From the NCBI GenBank assembly GCA_048270185.1, contig JBLWTJ010000001.1, positions 416,001 through 480,000 of the forward strand: a stretch of 64,000 bases of DNA, in the 5' to 3' direction. This document shows, piece by piece, positions 9,456 through 20,479 of the stretch (the first letter of the stretch is position 1; the number at the start of each line of letters is the position of its first letter). This DNA comes from Bacteriovoracaceae bacterium (GTDB taxonomy: Bacteria; Bdellovibrionota; Bacteriovoracia; Bacteriovoracales; Bacteriovoracaceae). The translations under genes and the position numbers were made by a program. The notes under the pieces are model-generated. The model saw only the letters and a list, made by a program, of their open reading frames with translations. It did no database searches and was not told where the DNA came from.

Positions 9456-10937
9456 CTACTTGTCTTCTTTAAACTCTATTCCATCATAGAGATAAGTTAG
9501 ATCCTTATCTTCAACGACTGTCGTAATTGATACAGGCCTCTTCCAAATCTTATAAATATTGGCCATTGTTTCATTGGCCTGATTCAGATCGAGATCGACT
9601 CCTTGGTGTACATGTCGAAGAAGAAGTTCACCACGATTTTTATGATTGGCCGACTCCACCTCAATAATAGGTGTTCCAAAATTTGTTAGTTGTTGAAGAA
9701 GTTTTGATTTAATTTCTTTGAAGTCACGAGTTTCGATCTCATTACGCCCTGTGCGTGAATTATACTTGTATGTAAAAAGCTGCATACGATTACAGAACTC
9801 TTCAGTAAAGAATTCATCGATGAATGTAATATCGTTATGACTACGCCTTACTTCAAAGATTTTCTCACGCCCTAGATTCGTTTCAATATGCCAATTTTCT
9901 TTCTCGTATAGATTGGTACACTCTTGATATTCTTTACCAAATTTTCCAGTATTCCAGCGATATTCGATATCGCGCATAAGCTCAATACCAATTTTATATG
10001 GATTAATATTTTGACGACTCATGGCCATAACACCTGAGTGAATATCGGCAAAATCAATAATTTCGCTACTATTAAGAGCTTTCTTTGTTAGGATTTTAGA
10101 GTGCCAATAAGATGCCCACCCTTCGTTCATAATCTTTGTCATTCGTTGCGGAAGAAAGTAATAAGCTTCTTCTCGCAGAATACCAATGATATCTGATTGC
10201 CAATCTTCAATTGGAGCATAATCCATAAGGAACTTCATGATATCTCGTGAACCACGAACTTCATCATCTAAGAGTTCAAGTGTCGTCTTCTTAATTTCAA
10301 TCTTATCGACATCACTTGCGTTTTTACCCATTTTTGAGTTCATGAAAGAGCGAAGAACCTGTGAGCGATCATCTTTATGCTCATAGTCTTCATCTGCTGA
10401 AGTTAGTTGTTTTTCTTCTCTTTGAAAGAGAACATTCACATCAAGCAAGTTTTCAAAAGATAAAACAGTATCAATAAATTGTTCCACCTTATCTTGGCCA
10501 TACTTTTCCATATAGCGACGAACCTTCGTCCCATGATTGGCCATAACGTCCATCATGCGGCGGTCAGTTCCTCTAAACCATGCATTATTCTTAAAGAAGT
10601 CAGCATGGCCATAAACATGGGCCATTACAAGCTTCTGGTCGACATAGCGATTTGAACTTAGAAGATAGGCGTAACATGGGTCTGTATTAATAACAAGCTC
10701 GTAAATCTTTTGGAAACCATATGTATTTCCCTTTGCAAGTTTGTCGTACTCCATCCCAAAGCGCCAGTGAGGATAACGAGTAGGAAAGCCTCCATTTGCG
10801 GCCAAGATACAAACAGTATCGTAATCACAAACTTCAAAGACAACGGGATAGAAATCAAGGCCATAGTCAACGGCATAGCCATGAACTTCGTCTCTTAATT
10901 TTGCTAATTCACCTGAAAGAGGTCTCGTTCTTTCCAT
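9456..10937 (-). CDS. spoVR: SpoVR/YcgB family protein
   Basis: RYPHWRFG, KIYELVINTDPCYAYL, MAHVYGHADFFKNN, TKIMNEGWASYWH, NPYKIG. Confidence 0.95.
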   Translation of the reverse strand: MERTRPLSGELAKLRDEVHGYAVDYGLDFYPVVFEVCDYDTVCILAANGGFPTRYPHWRFGMEYDKLAKGNTYGFQKIYELVINTDPCYAYLLSSNRYVDQKLVMAHVYGHADFFKNNAWFRGTDRRMMDVMANHGTKVRRYMEKYGQDKVEQFIDTVLSFENLLDVNVLFQREEKQLTSADEDYEHKDDRSQVLRSFMNSKMGKNASDVDKIEIKKTTLELLDDEVRGSRDIMKFLMDYAPIEDWQSDIIGILREEAYYFLPQRMTKIMNEGWASYWHSKILTKKALNSSEIIDFADIHSGVMAMSRQNINPYKIGIELMRDIEYRWNTGKFGKEYQECTNLYEKENWHIETNLGREKIFEVRRSHNDITFIDEFFTEEFCNRMQLFTYKYNSRTGRNEIETRDFKEIKSKLLQQLTNFGTPIIEVESANHKNRGELLLRHVHQGVDLDLNQANETMANIYKIWKRPVSITTVVEDKDLTYLYDGIEFKEDK

Positions 10938-10949
10938 ATATAAATATCC

Positions 10950-12071
10950 TTACTTACCTTTACCTAAGAAATCTTTGATCGAATCAAGAATTGCTTCTTT
11001 ATTTTTTATTTTACTTAGAATGACATCTTCATGTTTCTCTCCAAATTCCTTTGCAAGATCCTTATAGAATTGTCCTGAACCATAACGTGATTCAACTTGC
11101 CCATAGAAAAAAGCATTTGAGTTTGGAATAATTGAATTTTTAAGAATTTCTAAGCATACCTTTGTATCTTCAGCAGACCAATTATCTCCATCAGAAAAGT
11201 GAAATGGATAGATATTCCATTCATCAGAATTATAGTCACTATCGATAATATCCTTACACAGCTTTAATGCAGAAGAAATTAGAGTCCCACCACTTTCGCG
11301 AGTTCTAAAAAATGTTTCTTCTTCAACTTCCTTCGCGGTTGCATCGTGAATAATGTAGCGAATTTCGATATCTTTATACTGCGATTTAAGCCATAGATTA
11401 ATCCAGAATGATTCTGTGCGAACAATTTCTTTTTGCTCATCACCCATTGAACCAGAAACGTCCATCATGTAAATAACAACAGCGGAGTTTTCAAATTCAA
11501 TTTTAGAGTCACTTGAACGATAGCGCATATCACTCTTAATTGGCACAACAACAGGATTCTTAGGATCATAAGTTCCCATTGAAATCTGGCGTTTCAGTGC
11601 TTCCTTGAATGAGCGTTTATAGTGTTTAAGAGAATCTGGCCCAACAGTACCGATGCTCGTGTAGCGATCGACAGTTGACTGCATATTCTTCTTTCCCTTT
11701 GGTTCAATTTTTGGAAGCTCTAACTCATTTCCAAGAATAGAGGCAAGTTCATCAAGGCTCATTTCAACATCTAAGGCCTTCTCACCTTCACCCTCACCAG
11801 CTTCACCTGGCTCCCCTTGTCCTTCTTGTGGTTCACCTTGGCCATCAACAGGATCACCTGGTTGACCATTACCTTGACCAGTTCCCCCTTGGCTCTTATC
11901 ACCAAAGCGGAATTGTGGAGTATTAATAGAAGGCATAGGAACCTTGAATTCACCATTCCCTTTTGGAATTGGCATCTCACCATTAGCGATATACTTTCTT
12001 AAATTATCGCGCACCTTCCCCTTAATGATTTTGCGAAAGCGTGCATGGTCTCTTTTAATCGGGTGATCCAT
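10950..12071 (-). CDS. yeaH: YeaH/YhbH (DUF444) family VWA-like protein
   Basis: [15 protein letters not shown]-like motif, [27 protein letters not shown] 12071 behind GGAG. Confidence 0.92.
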   Translation of the reverse strand: MDHPIKRDHARFRKIIKGKVRDNLRKYIANGEMPIPKGNGEFKVPMPSINTPQFRFGDKSQGGTGQGNGQPGDPVDGQGEPQEGQGEPGEAGEGEGEKALDVEMSLDELASILGNELELPKIEPKGKKNMQSTVDRYTSIGTVGPDSLKHYKRSFKEALKRQISMGTYDPKNPVVVPIKSDMRYRSSDSKIEFENSAVVIYMMDVSGSMGDEQKEIVRTESFWINLWLKSQYKDIEIRYIIHDATAKEVEEETFFRTRESGGTLISSALKLCKDIIDSDYNSDEWNIYPFHFSDGDNWSAEDTKVCLEILKNSIIPNSNAFFYGQVESRYGSGQFYKDLAKEFGEKHEDVILSKIKNKEAILDSIKDFLGKGK

Positions 12072-12111
12072 TCGGTCTCCATCTATTTTAAAGTGCAAAG
12101 CACTAAGTCAC

Positions 12112-14166
12112 TTAAGACTTAGCGCTATCACCTTTAGCAAAAATACTTGCAACATAATTAAGAGCATCCGTTGCTGAGATTTCACAGTAACCGTAATTCT
12201 TAATTAGTCTTGACTTGATAACATCGATTTTTTCTTGTGTTTCTTTATCCACAACATTTGAGATAATCGTTGTTAATTTGATTGCATCTTTTTGGTCTTC
12301 AAAAAGTTTTAGCTCAAGTGCACGATGTAATCTTTCGTTCATCTTGTAATCGAATTGTTTTCCTTCAATCGCAAGAGCACCGATATAGTTCATGATTTCG
12401 CGTCTAAAATCATCTTTACGAGATTCAGCAATATCGATTTTCTCTTCGATACTTCTCATGAAGCGCTCATCAGCTTCTTCTAGCTTACCTGTGTACTTGT
12501 TGCGAACTTTCTCTTTTTGAGTGTAGGCCTTTACATTATCGATATAATTTGCACATAGTGTTTCAATTGCAGTCTCATCAAGAGAGATTGCTTTTTGCAC
12601 ATCATTTTTAACGATATCAGTATACTCTTGGCGAACAATTGCTAGCATCTCACGATATTTTTCAACCGCCTCTGGGTTATTTGCCATTGAGTGCTTAAGA
12701 CCACTTTCAAGTTCATTAAAGATCATGAATGGATTTAGAGATCCAGTGTGACCATATTTTACAAGTGCATTTGAAATTTTATCTTGAATATAACGTGGAG
12801 AAATACCTTCAAGTCCTTCTCTTACAGCTTCCTTACGAAGCTCTTTAACATTATCTTCATTGTATCCAGAAAGTGTTTTACCATTATAAAGCTTTAGTTT
12901 TTGAACAAGAGTTAAATCTGCTTTCTTCGGTTCTTCAAGTCTTGTCAGAACGGCCCACATAGCCGCCATCTCAAGAGTATGAGGAGCGATGTGAACATGT
13001 GGGATTTTTTCAGCATTAAAGTCTCGTTGATAAATTCTAACTTCATTATCCAGGCGAGAAATATATGGAACATCAATTTTAACTGTACGGTCACGAAGGG
13101 CTTCCATAAACTCGTTATTTTGGAGTTTTCTAAACTCTGGCTCATTTGTGTGACCTAGAATAACAAGGTCAATATCTGTTTGAGCAAATTTCTTAGGCTT
13201 AATTGATTGTTCCTGAGATGCACCTAGTAGATCATAAAGGAAGGCAACATCAAGCTTTAGCATCTCGATAAATTCGATAATCCCACGGTTTGCAATATTA
13301 AACTCTCCATCAAAGTTAAAAGCACGTGGATCTGAATCAGAACCATATTGAGCGATTTTTCGATAGTTGATATCACCTGTTAACTCTGTCGAGTCTTGGT
13401 TCTTTTCATCTTTTGGTTGGAATGTACCAATCCCTAAACGATCTTTTTCAGAAAGAACTAGTCTTTTAACGCGAATGTGGTTTTCCATAACTTTCATAAA
13501 GTCACCGTCATACTTAACCATATATTCATTTAAGATATATCGATCAGCAGGACAAACTTCACCACGAATTTTAATTTTTCTATCTTTACTTCCCTTATTC
13601 ATTTTTTCGAGAAATTCTTTTCTAACTTCATGAGGGATAAGTTTTAATGGATCTTCATGCATTGGAGATGGGAAAATCTTTTGGCCACCAAGAATATCTG
13701 ATTCTTCTTCGTCATACCATTCAAAAGTATAAAGAGCACCGTCATCAGTTCTTGAATAATGTTCAAGTCCTTTCTTAAGATTTCGAGCAATAGAAGATTT
13801 TGCAGAACCAACAGGCCCGTGAAGTAGTAGAACCCTTTTCTCAGTTCCATAACCAAGAGCGGCCGCTTTGAAAAAGTTCACAAGTTTCATTAAGTGAACA
13901 TCAATACCAAAGACTGCATCCTTTCCACCACCAATTGGATCATCGAAGAAGTGATAACGAGTAATTTCTTTCTTATATTCAAGATACGTACTTGTTCCAA
14001 AAGTCATGATCATGTCATAAATTCTTTGAAATGAGTTACGTGCGATACGTGGGTCTTCAGTAATAAGATCAATATAATCTTGAAAACTTCCATTCCAGTG
14101 TAAGTGAGCAAAGTCTTCAACTCTGTAATTCTCACTCATAAAATCTTTCATATTCATTTTTGTCAT
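12112..14166 (-). CDS. prkA: PrkA/YeaG family AAA+ serine protein kinase
   Basis: [11 protein letters not shown]alker [36 protein letters not shown]; followed by yeaH and spoVR. Confidence 0.95.
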   Translation of the reverse strand: MTKMNMKDFMSENYRVEDFAHLHWNGSFQDYIDLITEDPRIARNSFQRIYDMIMTFGTSTYLEYKKEITRYHFFDDPIGGGKDAVFGIDVHLMKLVNFFKAAALGYGTEKRVLLLHGPVGSAKSSIARNLKKGLEHYSRTDDGALYTFEWYDEEESDILGGQKIFPSPMHEDPLKLIPHEVRKEFLEKMNKGSKDRKIKIRGEVCPADRYILNEYMVKYDGDFMKVMENHIRVKRLVLSEKDRLGIGTFQPKDEKNQDSTELTGDINYRKIAQYGSDSDPRAFNFDGEFNIANRGIIEFIEMLKLDVAFLYDLLGASQEQSIKPKKFAQTDIDLVILGHTNEPEFRKLQNNEFMEALRDRTVKIDVPYISRLDNEVRIYQRDFNAEKIPHVHIAPHTLEMAAMWAVLTRLEEPKKADLTLVQKLKLYNGKTLSGYNEDNVKELRKEAVREGLEGISPRYIQDKISNALVKYGHTGSLNPFMIFNELESGLKHSMANNPEAVEKYREMLAIVRQEYTDIVKNDVQKAISLDETAIETLCANYIDNVKAYTQKEKVRNKYTGKLEEADERFMRSIEEKIDIAESRKDDFRREIMNYIGALAIEGKQFDYKMNERLHRALELKLFEDQKDAIKLTTIISNVVDKETQEKIDVIKSRLIKNYGYCEISATDALNYVASIFAKGDSAKS

Positions 14167-14435
14167 ATCTTCTCCATCCATGAGTTTTTAGAATATTTTA
14201 AAGCTTAGCTAGAAAGCTAAATCCTAAATATATTATAACGTTACTTCCTCAGTTAAAGCAAAATTATCTGTAAAAAAAATCATTTATAAGAGAAAAATAC
14301 CGAGTGCGTTTTGGCACTGCTTTTTGCTCAACTAATAGGCAAAAATCTAACGTTCATAATTATTTGACTAAAATCTCTATGAGACTGAAAATATAAGAGA
14401 AACAGGATAATTATTTTAAATGGACAAGGAAGAAC

Positions 14436-15194
14436 ATGGATATTATTTGTGCAGGTGTTTCAGATATTGGACGCAAGAGAGAGACCAATCAAGACTCAAT
14501 TTTTATCGGAAATTCAAATAAACTCTATGTTGTCGCCGACGGCATGGGAGGACACTCTGGTGGAGATCTCGCCTCGACCATGGCCATAAAGTACTTAGCA
14601 GAAAAAGTTAAAGAACTACGCTCTGGAGTTGACATAAAAGAAGCTGAACACGACCAGATTCTAAAAGAATCAGTTCTTTACGCAAATAATAAGATCAAAC
14701 ATTACGCAGATAGCGAGCCAAGCTTAAAGGGCATGGGGACAACTGTAGTGAGTGTCTATTTTGCAAATGAAAAAGTTAATATTGCCAATGTGGGTGACTC
14801 AAGGGCCTATGTCATTACAAATGGACAGATTTTTCAACTTTCAAAAGATCATTCTGTCATCCAAGAAAAGATAAACTTTGGGATTTATACGCGCGAACAA
14901 GCCGCGGCTGATCCAAATAAGAATTACCTGTCTCGTACAGTCGGTTTTGAAGAAGATATTGAGGTTGATCTATTCGAATATGAGCCGTCAAAGAATGATA
15001 TTTTCCTCTTATGCTCAGATGGGCTTCACGGAAAATTGAGTGATGAGGATATTCTCTTTATCATTAAAGATATGATTGACTTTAATAATCTAGGCCATCA
15101 AACAATTCATGACTGCGTGCAAACTTTAGTTCGTCAGGCCAATGAGCACGGTGGACAAGACAATATCTCTGTAATCCTAGCGGTAGTTAAGTAA
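14436..15194 (+). CDS. PP2C-family Ser/Thr protein phosphatase (Stp1/PrpC type)
   Basis: SDIGRKRETNQD, VADGMGGH, MGTT, NVGDSRAY, LLCSDGL, GGQDNIS. Confidence 0.95.
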   Translation: MDIICAGVSDIGRKRETNQDSIFIGNSNKLYVVADGMGGHSGGDLASTMAIKYLAEKVKELRSGVDIKEAEHDQILKESVLYANNKIKHYADSEPSLKGMGTTVVSVYFANEKVNIANVGDSRAYVITNGQIFQLSKDHSVIQEKINFGIYTREQAAADPNKNYLSRTVGFEEDIEVDLFEYEPSKNDIFLLCSDGLHGKLSDEDILFIIKDMIDFNNLGHQTIHDCVQTLVRQANEHGGQDNISVILAVVK

Positions 15195-15248
15195 AATTAA
15201 CTACCCTAGTCACGTAAACTTAGTCCCATAGTGTCATACATTAATGTC

Positions 15249-15277
15249 TTGCAAACTGAAATCAAGAAACCTACAAT
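15249..15277 (+). promoter_or_regulatory. Sigma70 promoter for the M23 peptidase-secA operon
   Basis: TTGCAA-N17-TACAAT. Confidence 0.7.
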
Positions 15278-15314
15278 AAACATCAGAAATTATTGAAAAT
15301 TCAAGGATGCAATT

Positions 15315-16430
15315 TTGAGCCGATTTTATACAATAATGGTCATTCCAGAGAAGGAGAAGGGCGTAAAATCCTTTCGTATACCAAGGGTTATTTTTAACTC
15401 TGTGCTCTTCTTTATCGTTATTATTGTTGGTGTTATTGGAATCTTAACTTTTGACTATATTAAGATTCTTAAGCAGGTTTACGAAAACCGACACCTCAGT
15501 ATTGAAAACCGTCAGTTAAAAGAACAAATTCAACTCTTTAATATGAAACTCAATACATTAACTGATGATATTGAAAGAATTCAAAAGATTGAGAGTAAGC
15601 TACGAGTAATCTCAGGCTTTAAAGAATTTGATTTAACAAAGCCTGTGATTAAAGAAACACAAGATGCCAGTGATAGTGAAGATCATGGCCACTCTCACAA
15701 TTCAAGTTCAGGCAGGGATCCACAATCAGTCTTAATATCTCCAAAAGATCAAGAGCTCATGGATCGAGTAAAGTCAGACTTAAAAACACTTAAAACGAAC
15801 GAAGAGTTTAATGACATTAACGATCTCTATGAAAGAAAGATCGCAACGAATTTTGGTTTAACCTCAGGTTATAGTTTTACAAAAGAATGGAGTAGCTTAA
15901 TTAAACAAAGTTTTAAGTTAGCTGAAAACTTCGCGTACTTTGATTATCGTTATTCAATCCTACGCAAGATTTCAGGTGACTTAGAGATTAAAGTTAATGA
16001 GCTTGATCAATATCTTCTCGATCGCGAATCATTCTTGCGATCAACACCAACTCTGCTACCGGCCCGTGGATGGATTACATCTTACTATGGTCCGCGTATG
16101 AGTCACTACTCAAAGAGAGTTAAGATGCACGAAGGCCTAGATGTCGGGGGGCCAATTGGGACAGTTATTCTTGCCCCGGCCGATGGCATTGTTAAAACAT
16201 CAAAGAAAAATTACGGTTTTGGAAACCACGTTGAAATAGATCATGGATACGGTATAACTACACTTTACGGACATAATTCAGAAAACATCGTTGTAAAAGG
16301 CCAAAAGGTCAAACGGGGGCAACCAATCGCCAAGATTGGAAACTCCGGTTTATCGACAGGGCCACACTTGCATTACGAAATTCGTGTAAACGGAACACCG
16401 GTGGACCCTCTTTATTATGTACTGGATTAA
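15315..16430 (+). CDS. M23 family metallopeptidase with N-terminal TM and coiled coil
   Basis: HEGLD (HxxxD), YGH, STGPHLHYEIR (HxH). Confidence 0.93.
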   Translation: MSRFYTIMVIPEKEKGVKSFRIPRVIFNSVLFFIVIIVGVIGILTFDYIKILKQVYENRHLSIENRQLKEQIQLFNMKLNTLTDDIERIQKIESKLRVISGFKEFDLTKPVIKETQDASDSEDHGHSHNSSSGRDPQSVLISPKDQELMDRVKSDLKTLKTNEEFNDINDLYERKIATNFGLTSGYSFTKEWSSLIKQSFKLAENFAYFDYRYSILRKISGDLEIKVNELDQYLLDRESFLRSTPTLLPARGWITSYYGPRMSHYSKRVKMHEGLDVGGPIGTVILAPADGIVKTSKKNYGFGNHVEIDHGYGITTLYGHNSENIVVKGQKVKRGQPIAKIGNSGLSTGPHLHYEIRVNGTPVDPLYYVLD

Positions 16431-16445
16431 TTAGGAGAAATTTAA

Positions 16446-19010
16446 ATGTTTAATCCGCTCAAGTCTTTATTTGGTACAAAGCACGATCGCGACATCAAAA
16501 AGCTTATGCCAATTGTTAATGAAATTAATTCTCTTGAAGCTCAAATGGAAAAAATGAGCGATGAAGAACTAAAGGCTCAAACAACTAAATTTAAGCAAAG
16601 AATCAGTGAAGGAGTTTCACTCGATGAAATTCTACCTGAAGCATTTGCGACAGTAAGAGAAGCTTCTAAAAGAGTTCTAGGAATGCGTCCATACGATGTG
16701 CAAATTATCGGTGGTATCGTTCTTTATAAAGGCATCATTGCTGAAATGAAAACAGGTGAAGGTAAGACTCTGACTGCAGCTCTACCTCTATACCTTAAAG
16801 CACTTGAAGGTAAGGGTGTTCACCTTATTACTGTTAACGACTACCTAGCAAGTCGTGATGCCAATGAAATGGGTGTTCTCTATGAATGGCTGGGCCTTTC
16901 AACGGGTTGTATCATCGCCGACATGGAAGATGAGGAACGCCAAGCGGCTTATCGCTCAGACATTACTTACGGGACAAATAACGAATTCGCTTTTGATTAC
17001 CTAAGAGATAATATGAAATTCTCACTTGAAGAATATGTTCAAAGAGACTTTCATTTCTGTATTGTGGATGAGGTTGACTCGATCTTAATTGATGAGGCCA
17101 GAACTCCCCTATTAATCTCAGGGCCAAGTGAAGGTGACTCAACTCTTTATGGAGTTGCCAATAAAGTTATTCCACAACTTTCAATTGAAAAGCATTTCAC
17201 AATTGACGAAAAGGCCATGTCGGCAATTTTCACAGAAGAAGGTATTTTAAAAGTACAAGAGCTCATGAAGGTAGATAATCTTTACGATATCGAAAACTCG
17301 GCCCTTCTTCACCACTTAAACCAAGCACTACGTGCTCACCATCTTTTTAAAAGAGATGCAAACTATATCATTAAAGACGATGAAGTTATTATCGTTGATG
17401 AATTTACAGGGCGTCTAAAGACTGGTTCTCGCTGGTCAGATGGACTACACCAAGCAATTGAAGCAAAAGAAGGTGTTGAAATAAAGCAAGAAAACCAAAC
17501 TCTTGCCTCTATTACTTTCCAAAACTACTTCAAAATGTATGCAAAACTTGCTGGTATGACAGGAACGGCCGATACTGAAGCAGAAGAATTCAAAAAGATC
17601 TATGATCTTGATGTAATCGTTATTCCAACGAATCTTCCAATTGCTCGTGTCGATGAACCTGATGTTATCTACAAAAACAAGAAAGCAAAGTACAAGGCCA
17701 TCATTAATCTTCTAAGAGAGCTTAATGAGAAAGGTCAACCTGTCCTAGTTGGAACAATCACAGTTGATTCATCTAACCTACTTTCAAATGAGTTAACGAA
17801 AGCTGGTATTGAACACAATGTCCTCAATGCCAAGCAACACGGTAAGGAAGCGGGAATCATTGAAAATGCAGGCCGTAAAGGATCTGTTACAATTGCAACG
17901 AATATGGCCGGACGTGGTACCGATATAAAAATCAATGATGAAGTAAAGGCACTTGGTGGTCTTTATATTCTATGTACAGAAAGACACGAGTCACGCCGAA
18001 TTGATAATCAGCTTCGTGGTCGTTCTGGGCGTCAGGGTGATCCAGGTCGCTCAAAATTCTTCCTATCTCTTGAAGATGATTTAATGAGAATCTTTGGAAG
18101 TGATCGTATTGCAAAAGTGATGAATACACTTGGTATGGAAGAAGACGAACCAATTGAGCACAAGATGATTACAAATGCCATCGCAAAAGCTCAAAAGAAA
18201 GTTGAGACACATAACTTTGAAATCAGAAAACATCTTCTTGATTTTGATAACGTTATGAATGAGCAACGTCGTGTTATCTACCGTATCCGTCGCGATATTC
18301 TATCAGATGAAGATAATCTTGGTTTCGTTAGAGAAATGACTGAAGATGTTGCAGACTACCTATTTGCAAACTACCGTCCAGAAAAGAAAGTTCCTTTGGA
18401 AGACCTTCCTTGGGAAGATATGAAGAATGGTTTCAAAACAACTTTCAACACTGATTATGAAGTTAACGCTATCGAATGTTCAGGAAAATTCTCTGGAGAC
18501 GTTAGCAAGTACTTTGAAGAAACAGCAAAGGAAATCCTTGCAAGTAAACTTGCAGGATACGACGAAAGACAAGTGACACTTGCACTTAGAGAAATCCTAC
18601 TTTCAACTTTTGATCAACACTGGAAAGATCACTTAAGAAATATGGATCACCTAAAAGAAGGAATCAACCTTAAGGCCTACGCTCAAAAAGATCCTCTAAC
18701 AGAGTATAAACGTGAAGCATTCCAACTTTTTGAAAATATGAGAGTTGAAGTTAAGAACAGTGTTGTTCGCAATATGTTCACAGTAAGGCTCTATACTCAA
18801 GAAGAAATTGAAGAGTTAAGACGCCAACAAGAAGAAGAGCTTCAGCGTCAACTTGACCTTCTTAAAGCAAAGAGAATTGCCGAAGAAGAAGGACGTGATG
18901 GGCCAGAAGTCAATCAAGCACCACGCTCACGCGGACAAGTAAAAGTCGGGCGTAATGACGCCTGTCCATGTGGATCAGGGAAGAAGTACAAGCACTGTCA
19001 CGGTTCTTAA
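16446..19010 (+). CDS. secA: Preprotein translocase subunit SecA
   Basis: MKTGEGKT, DEVDSILIDEARTPL, TNMAGRGTDI, QLRGRSGRQGDPG, SEC-C motif CPCGSGKKYKHCHG. Confidence 0.99.
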   Translation: MFNPLKSLFGTKHDRDIKKLMPIVNEINSLEAQMEKMSDEELKAQTTKFKQRISEGVSLDEILPEAFATVREASKRVLGMRPYDVQIIGGIVLYKGIIAEMKTGEGKTLTAALPLYLKALEGKGVHLITVNDYLASRDANEMGVLYEWLGLSTGCIIADMEDEERQAAYRSDITYGTNNEFAFDYLRDNMKFSLEEYVQRDFHFCIVDEVDSILIDEARTPLLISGPSEGDSTLYGVANKVIPQLSIEKHFTIDEKAMSAIFTEEGILKVQELMKVDNLYDIENSALLHHLNQALRAHHLFKRDANYIIKDDEVIIVDEFTGRLKTGSRWSDGLHQAIEAKEGVEIKQENQTLASITFQNYFKMYAKLAGMTGTADTEAEEFKKIYDLDVIVIPTNLPIARVDEPDVIYKNKKAKYKAIINLLRELNEKGQPVLVGTITVDSSNLLSNELTKAGIEHNVLNAKQHGKEAGIIENAGRKGSVTIATNMAGRGTDIKINDEVKALGGLYILCTERHESRRIDNQLRGRSGRQGDPGRSKFFLSLEDDLMRIFGSDRIAKVMNTLGMEEDEPIEHKMITNAIAKAQKKVETHNFEIRKHLLDFDNVMNEQRRVIYRIRRDILSDEDNLGFVREMTEDVADYLFANYRPEKKVPLEDLPWEDMKNGFKTTFNTDYEVNAIECSGKFSGDVSKYFEETAKEILASKLAGYDERQVTLALREILLSTFDQHWKDHLRNMDHLKEGINLKAYAQKDPLTEYKREAFQLFENMRVEVKNSVVRNMFTVRLYTQEEIEELRRQQEEELQRQLDLLKAKRIAEEEGRDGPEVNQAPRSRGQVKVGRNDACPCGSGKKYKHCHGS

Positions 19011-19037
19011 ATTTAAGAATCGATCTGGAATTAAAGT

Positions 19038-20462
19038 ATGTCAGGTGACGACAAGAAAAATGACCTAACTCGAATCGAAGACTTATCTGAGTTTCTTCAC
19101 CAAGGTGATGATGACTTAGATAAGCTTCTTGCTGACCTTGACAATGAAGAGGAAGAAGCTTCTGCGCCTCAAGGCTTTGACGACGATGAAGAAGACAGCT
19201 ACGAAGACGAGGCACAGGTTGAGTTGACGTCATTTGACTATGAAACTCCAGCAGAAAGTGATGAAGGAGGTTTCGACAATAGTTCCGAAGGGGACTTTGA
19301 TGAAGACTCCGCAGAAGACTCCGAAGAAGACTTCACCAACAACTTCCCACAAGACTCACAAGGCTATGACGCAGACGAAGACCTAGACGAAGGCTTCGAA
19401 AACGATTTCGAAGGCAGTTACGAAGACAACGACGAAAATGACTTCGAAGGAAACTACGAAGACGATCCCAGCGCAGACTGGCAAGACGAAGAAGAAGATC
19501 ATCTGGTAGAACCTCTGGCAGCCCCTCTGGCAGACGACGATAACTCTTCTTTCTCATCAAATGATTTCGAGGCAGAGACAGAAGCCGAAATTGAACTTTC
19601 TCATGAACTCGATGAACAGACAAAAGACGATACTCCCCACGACTCCGGCCCAGATATTGCCGAAGAAACTGATGATAGGACATACTCTCAACCAGAACCT
19701 ACAATTACGATTAATGACAATATAAAAGAAGAGATCGTTGCTGCTAAGGCACAATCACCTTCACAACAAGACTTTAATGAAGTCAGAGATTTTGCAACGA
19801 ACTCAACTTTTGGAAAAGTTGCTATTGGCGGTAACCCTCCATTCTCACTCCTACTCCAGGGCATCAAATCGGAAGAATACGACGAGAGTATTCTTGCGGT
19901 TTTAAATGAAGTTGGATTATTGGCCGGAAACGAAGACCTCTATCGTACAAGTTTAGAAACAGGTCAGCTTCTTATTGCACAAATTGGCGAATACAGTGCA
20001 ATCTATTTAGCAGGAAAGCTTCGTCGCTATTGCCACACAATAAAAATGGGCCTAGCTCACGAAATCCACCAAAGTAGTAATTATGACCACTCTGATCAAA
20101 GAGGTCTAACAAGTGCAAGTTCGGCCACGCAAAATAAATCTCAGGCCTTTGAGAAGACAGACTTAGTCTTTAAGAAAGAAGAAATAATTCTAAGCTCATC
20201 TCACTTTATCCCAGGCTATCTTGTCACTCATAGCCTTGGTCCAATGCAGATCAATGATAAAATTGATGCCAACGAGTTTGATGATATCAGTTCAATTAAC
20301 CTCATTGATTATTTTGAAGATACAATGAGAGAAGAAGCCTTTAAAAAAGGCGCCAATGCCATCACTTCAATTCATTTCACAATTAACAAACAAGAAATGA
20401 ATGATACAAATTACATCCTAATACTCGCTCACGGTGACTACGTCACTCTACGTGAAAATTAA
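19038..20462 (+). CDS. Hypothetical protein with long acidic disordered region and C-terminal YbjQ-like domain
   Basis: About 200 aa D/E-rich; C-terminus STxxIPGY-like ..LG..MREEAFKKGANAI resembles the YbjQ/UPF0145 fold. Confidence 0.7.
   Translation: MSGDDKKNDLTRIEDLSEFLHQGDDDLDKLLADLDNEEEEASAPQGFDDDEEDSYEDEAQVELTSFDYETPAESDEGGFDNSSEGDFDEDSAEDSEEDFTNNFPQDSQGYDADEDLDEGFENDFEGSYEDNDENDFEGNYEDDPSADWQDEEEDHLVEPLAAPLADDDNSSFSSNDFEAETEAEIELSHELDEQTKDDTPHDSGPDIAEETDDRTYSQPEPTITINDNIKEEIVAAKAQSPSQQDFNEVRDFATNSTFGKVAIGGNPPFSLLLQGIKSEEYDESILAVLNEVGLLAGNEDLYRTSLETGQLLIAQIGEYSAIYLAGKLRRYCHTIKMGLAHEIHQSSNYDHSDQRGLTSASSATQNKSQAFEKTDLVFKKEEIILSSSHFIPGYLVTHSLGPMQINDKIDANEFDDISSINLIDYFEDTMREEAFKKGANAITSIHFTINKQEMNDTNYILILAHGDYVTLREN
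19310..19535 (+). repeat. Short coding tandem duplications within the acidic linker
   Basis: 36-nt period unit ENDFEGSYED/ENDFEGNYED (19398-19427 and 19434-19463); 12-nt GAAGACTCCG(C/A)A and CCTCTGGCAG repeats. Confidence 0.75.
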
Positions 20463-20479
20463 ACTATGGTGAAATACAA

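Noticed and set aside
14312..14328. TGGCAC..TTGCT resembling a sigma54 -24/-12 promoter upstream of the PP2C gene
   Set aside because: GG to GC spacing is 11 nt, not the strictly required 10
19310..19535. Periodic repeats as a possible CRISPR array
   Set aside because: In-frame coding duplications with no unique spacers and no cas genes
18910..19754. Antisense ORFs of 107, 116 and 65 aa over the acidic gene
   Set aside because: By-product of low-complexity GAA/GAC sequence that lacks stops on the reverse strand
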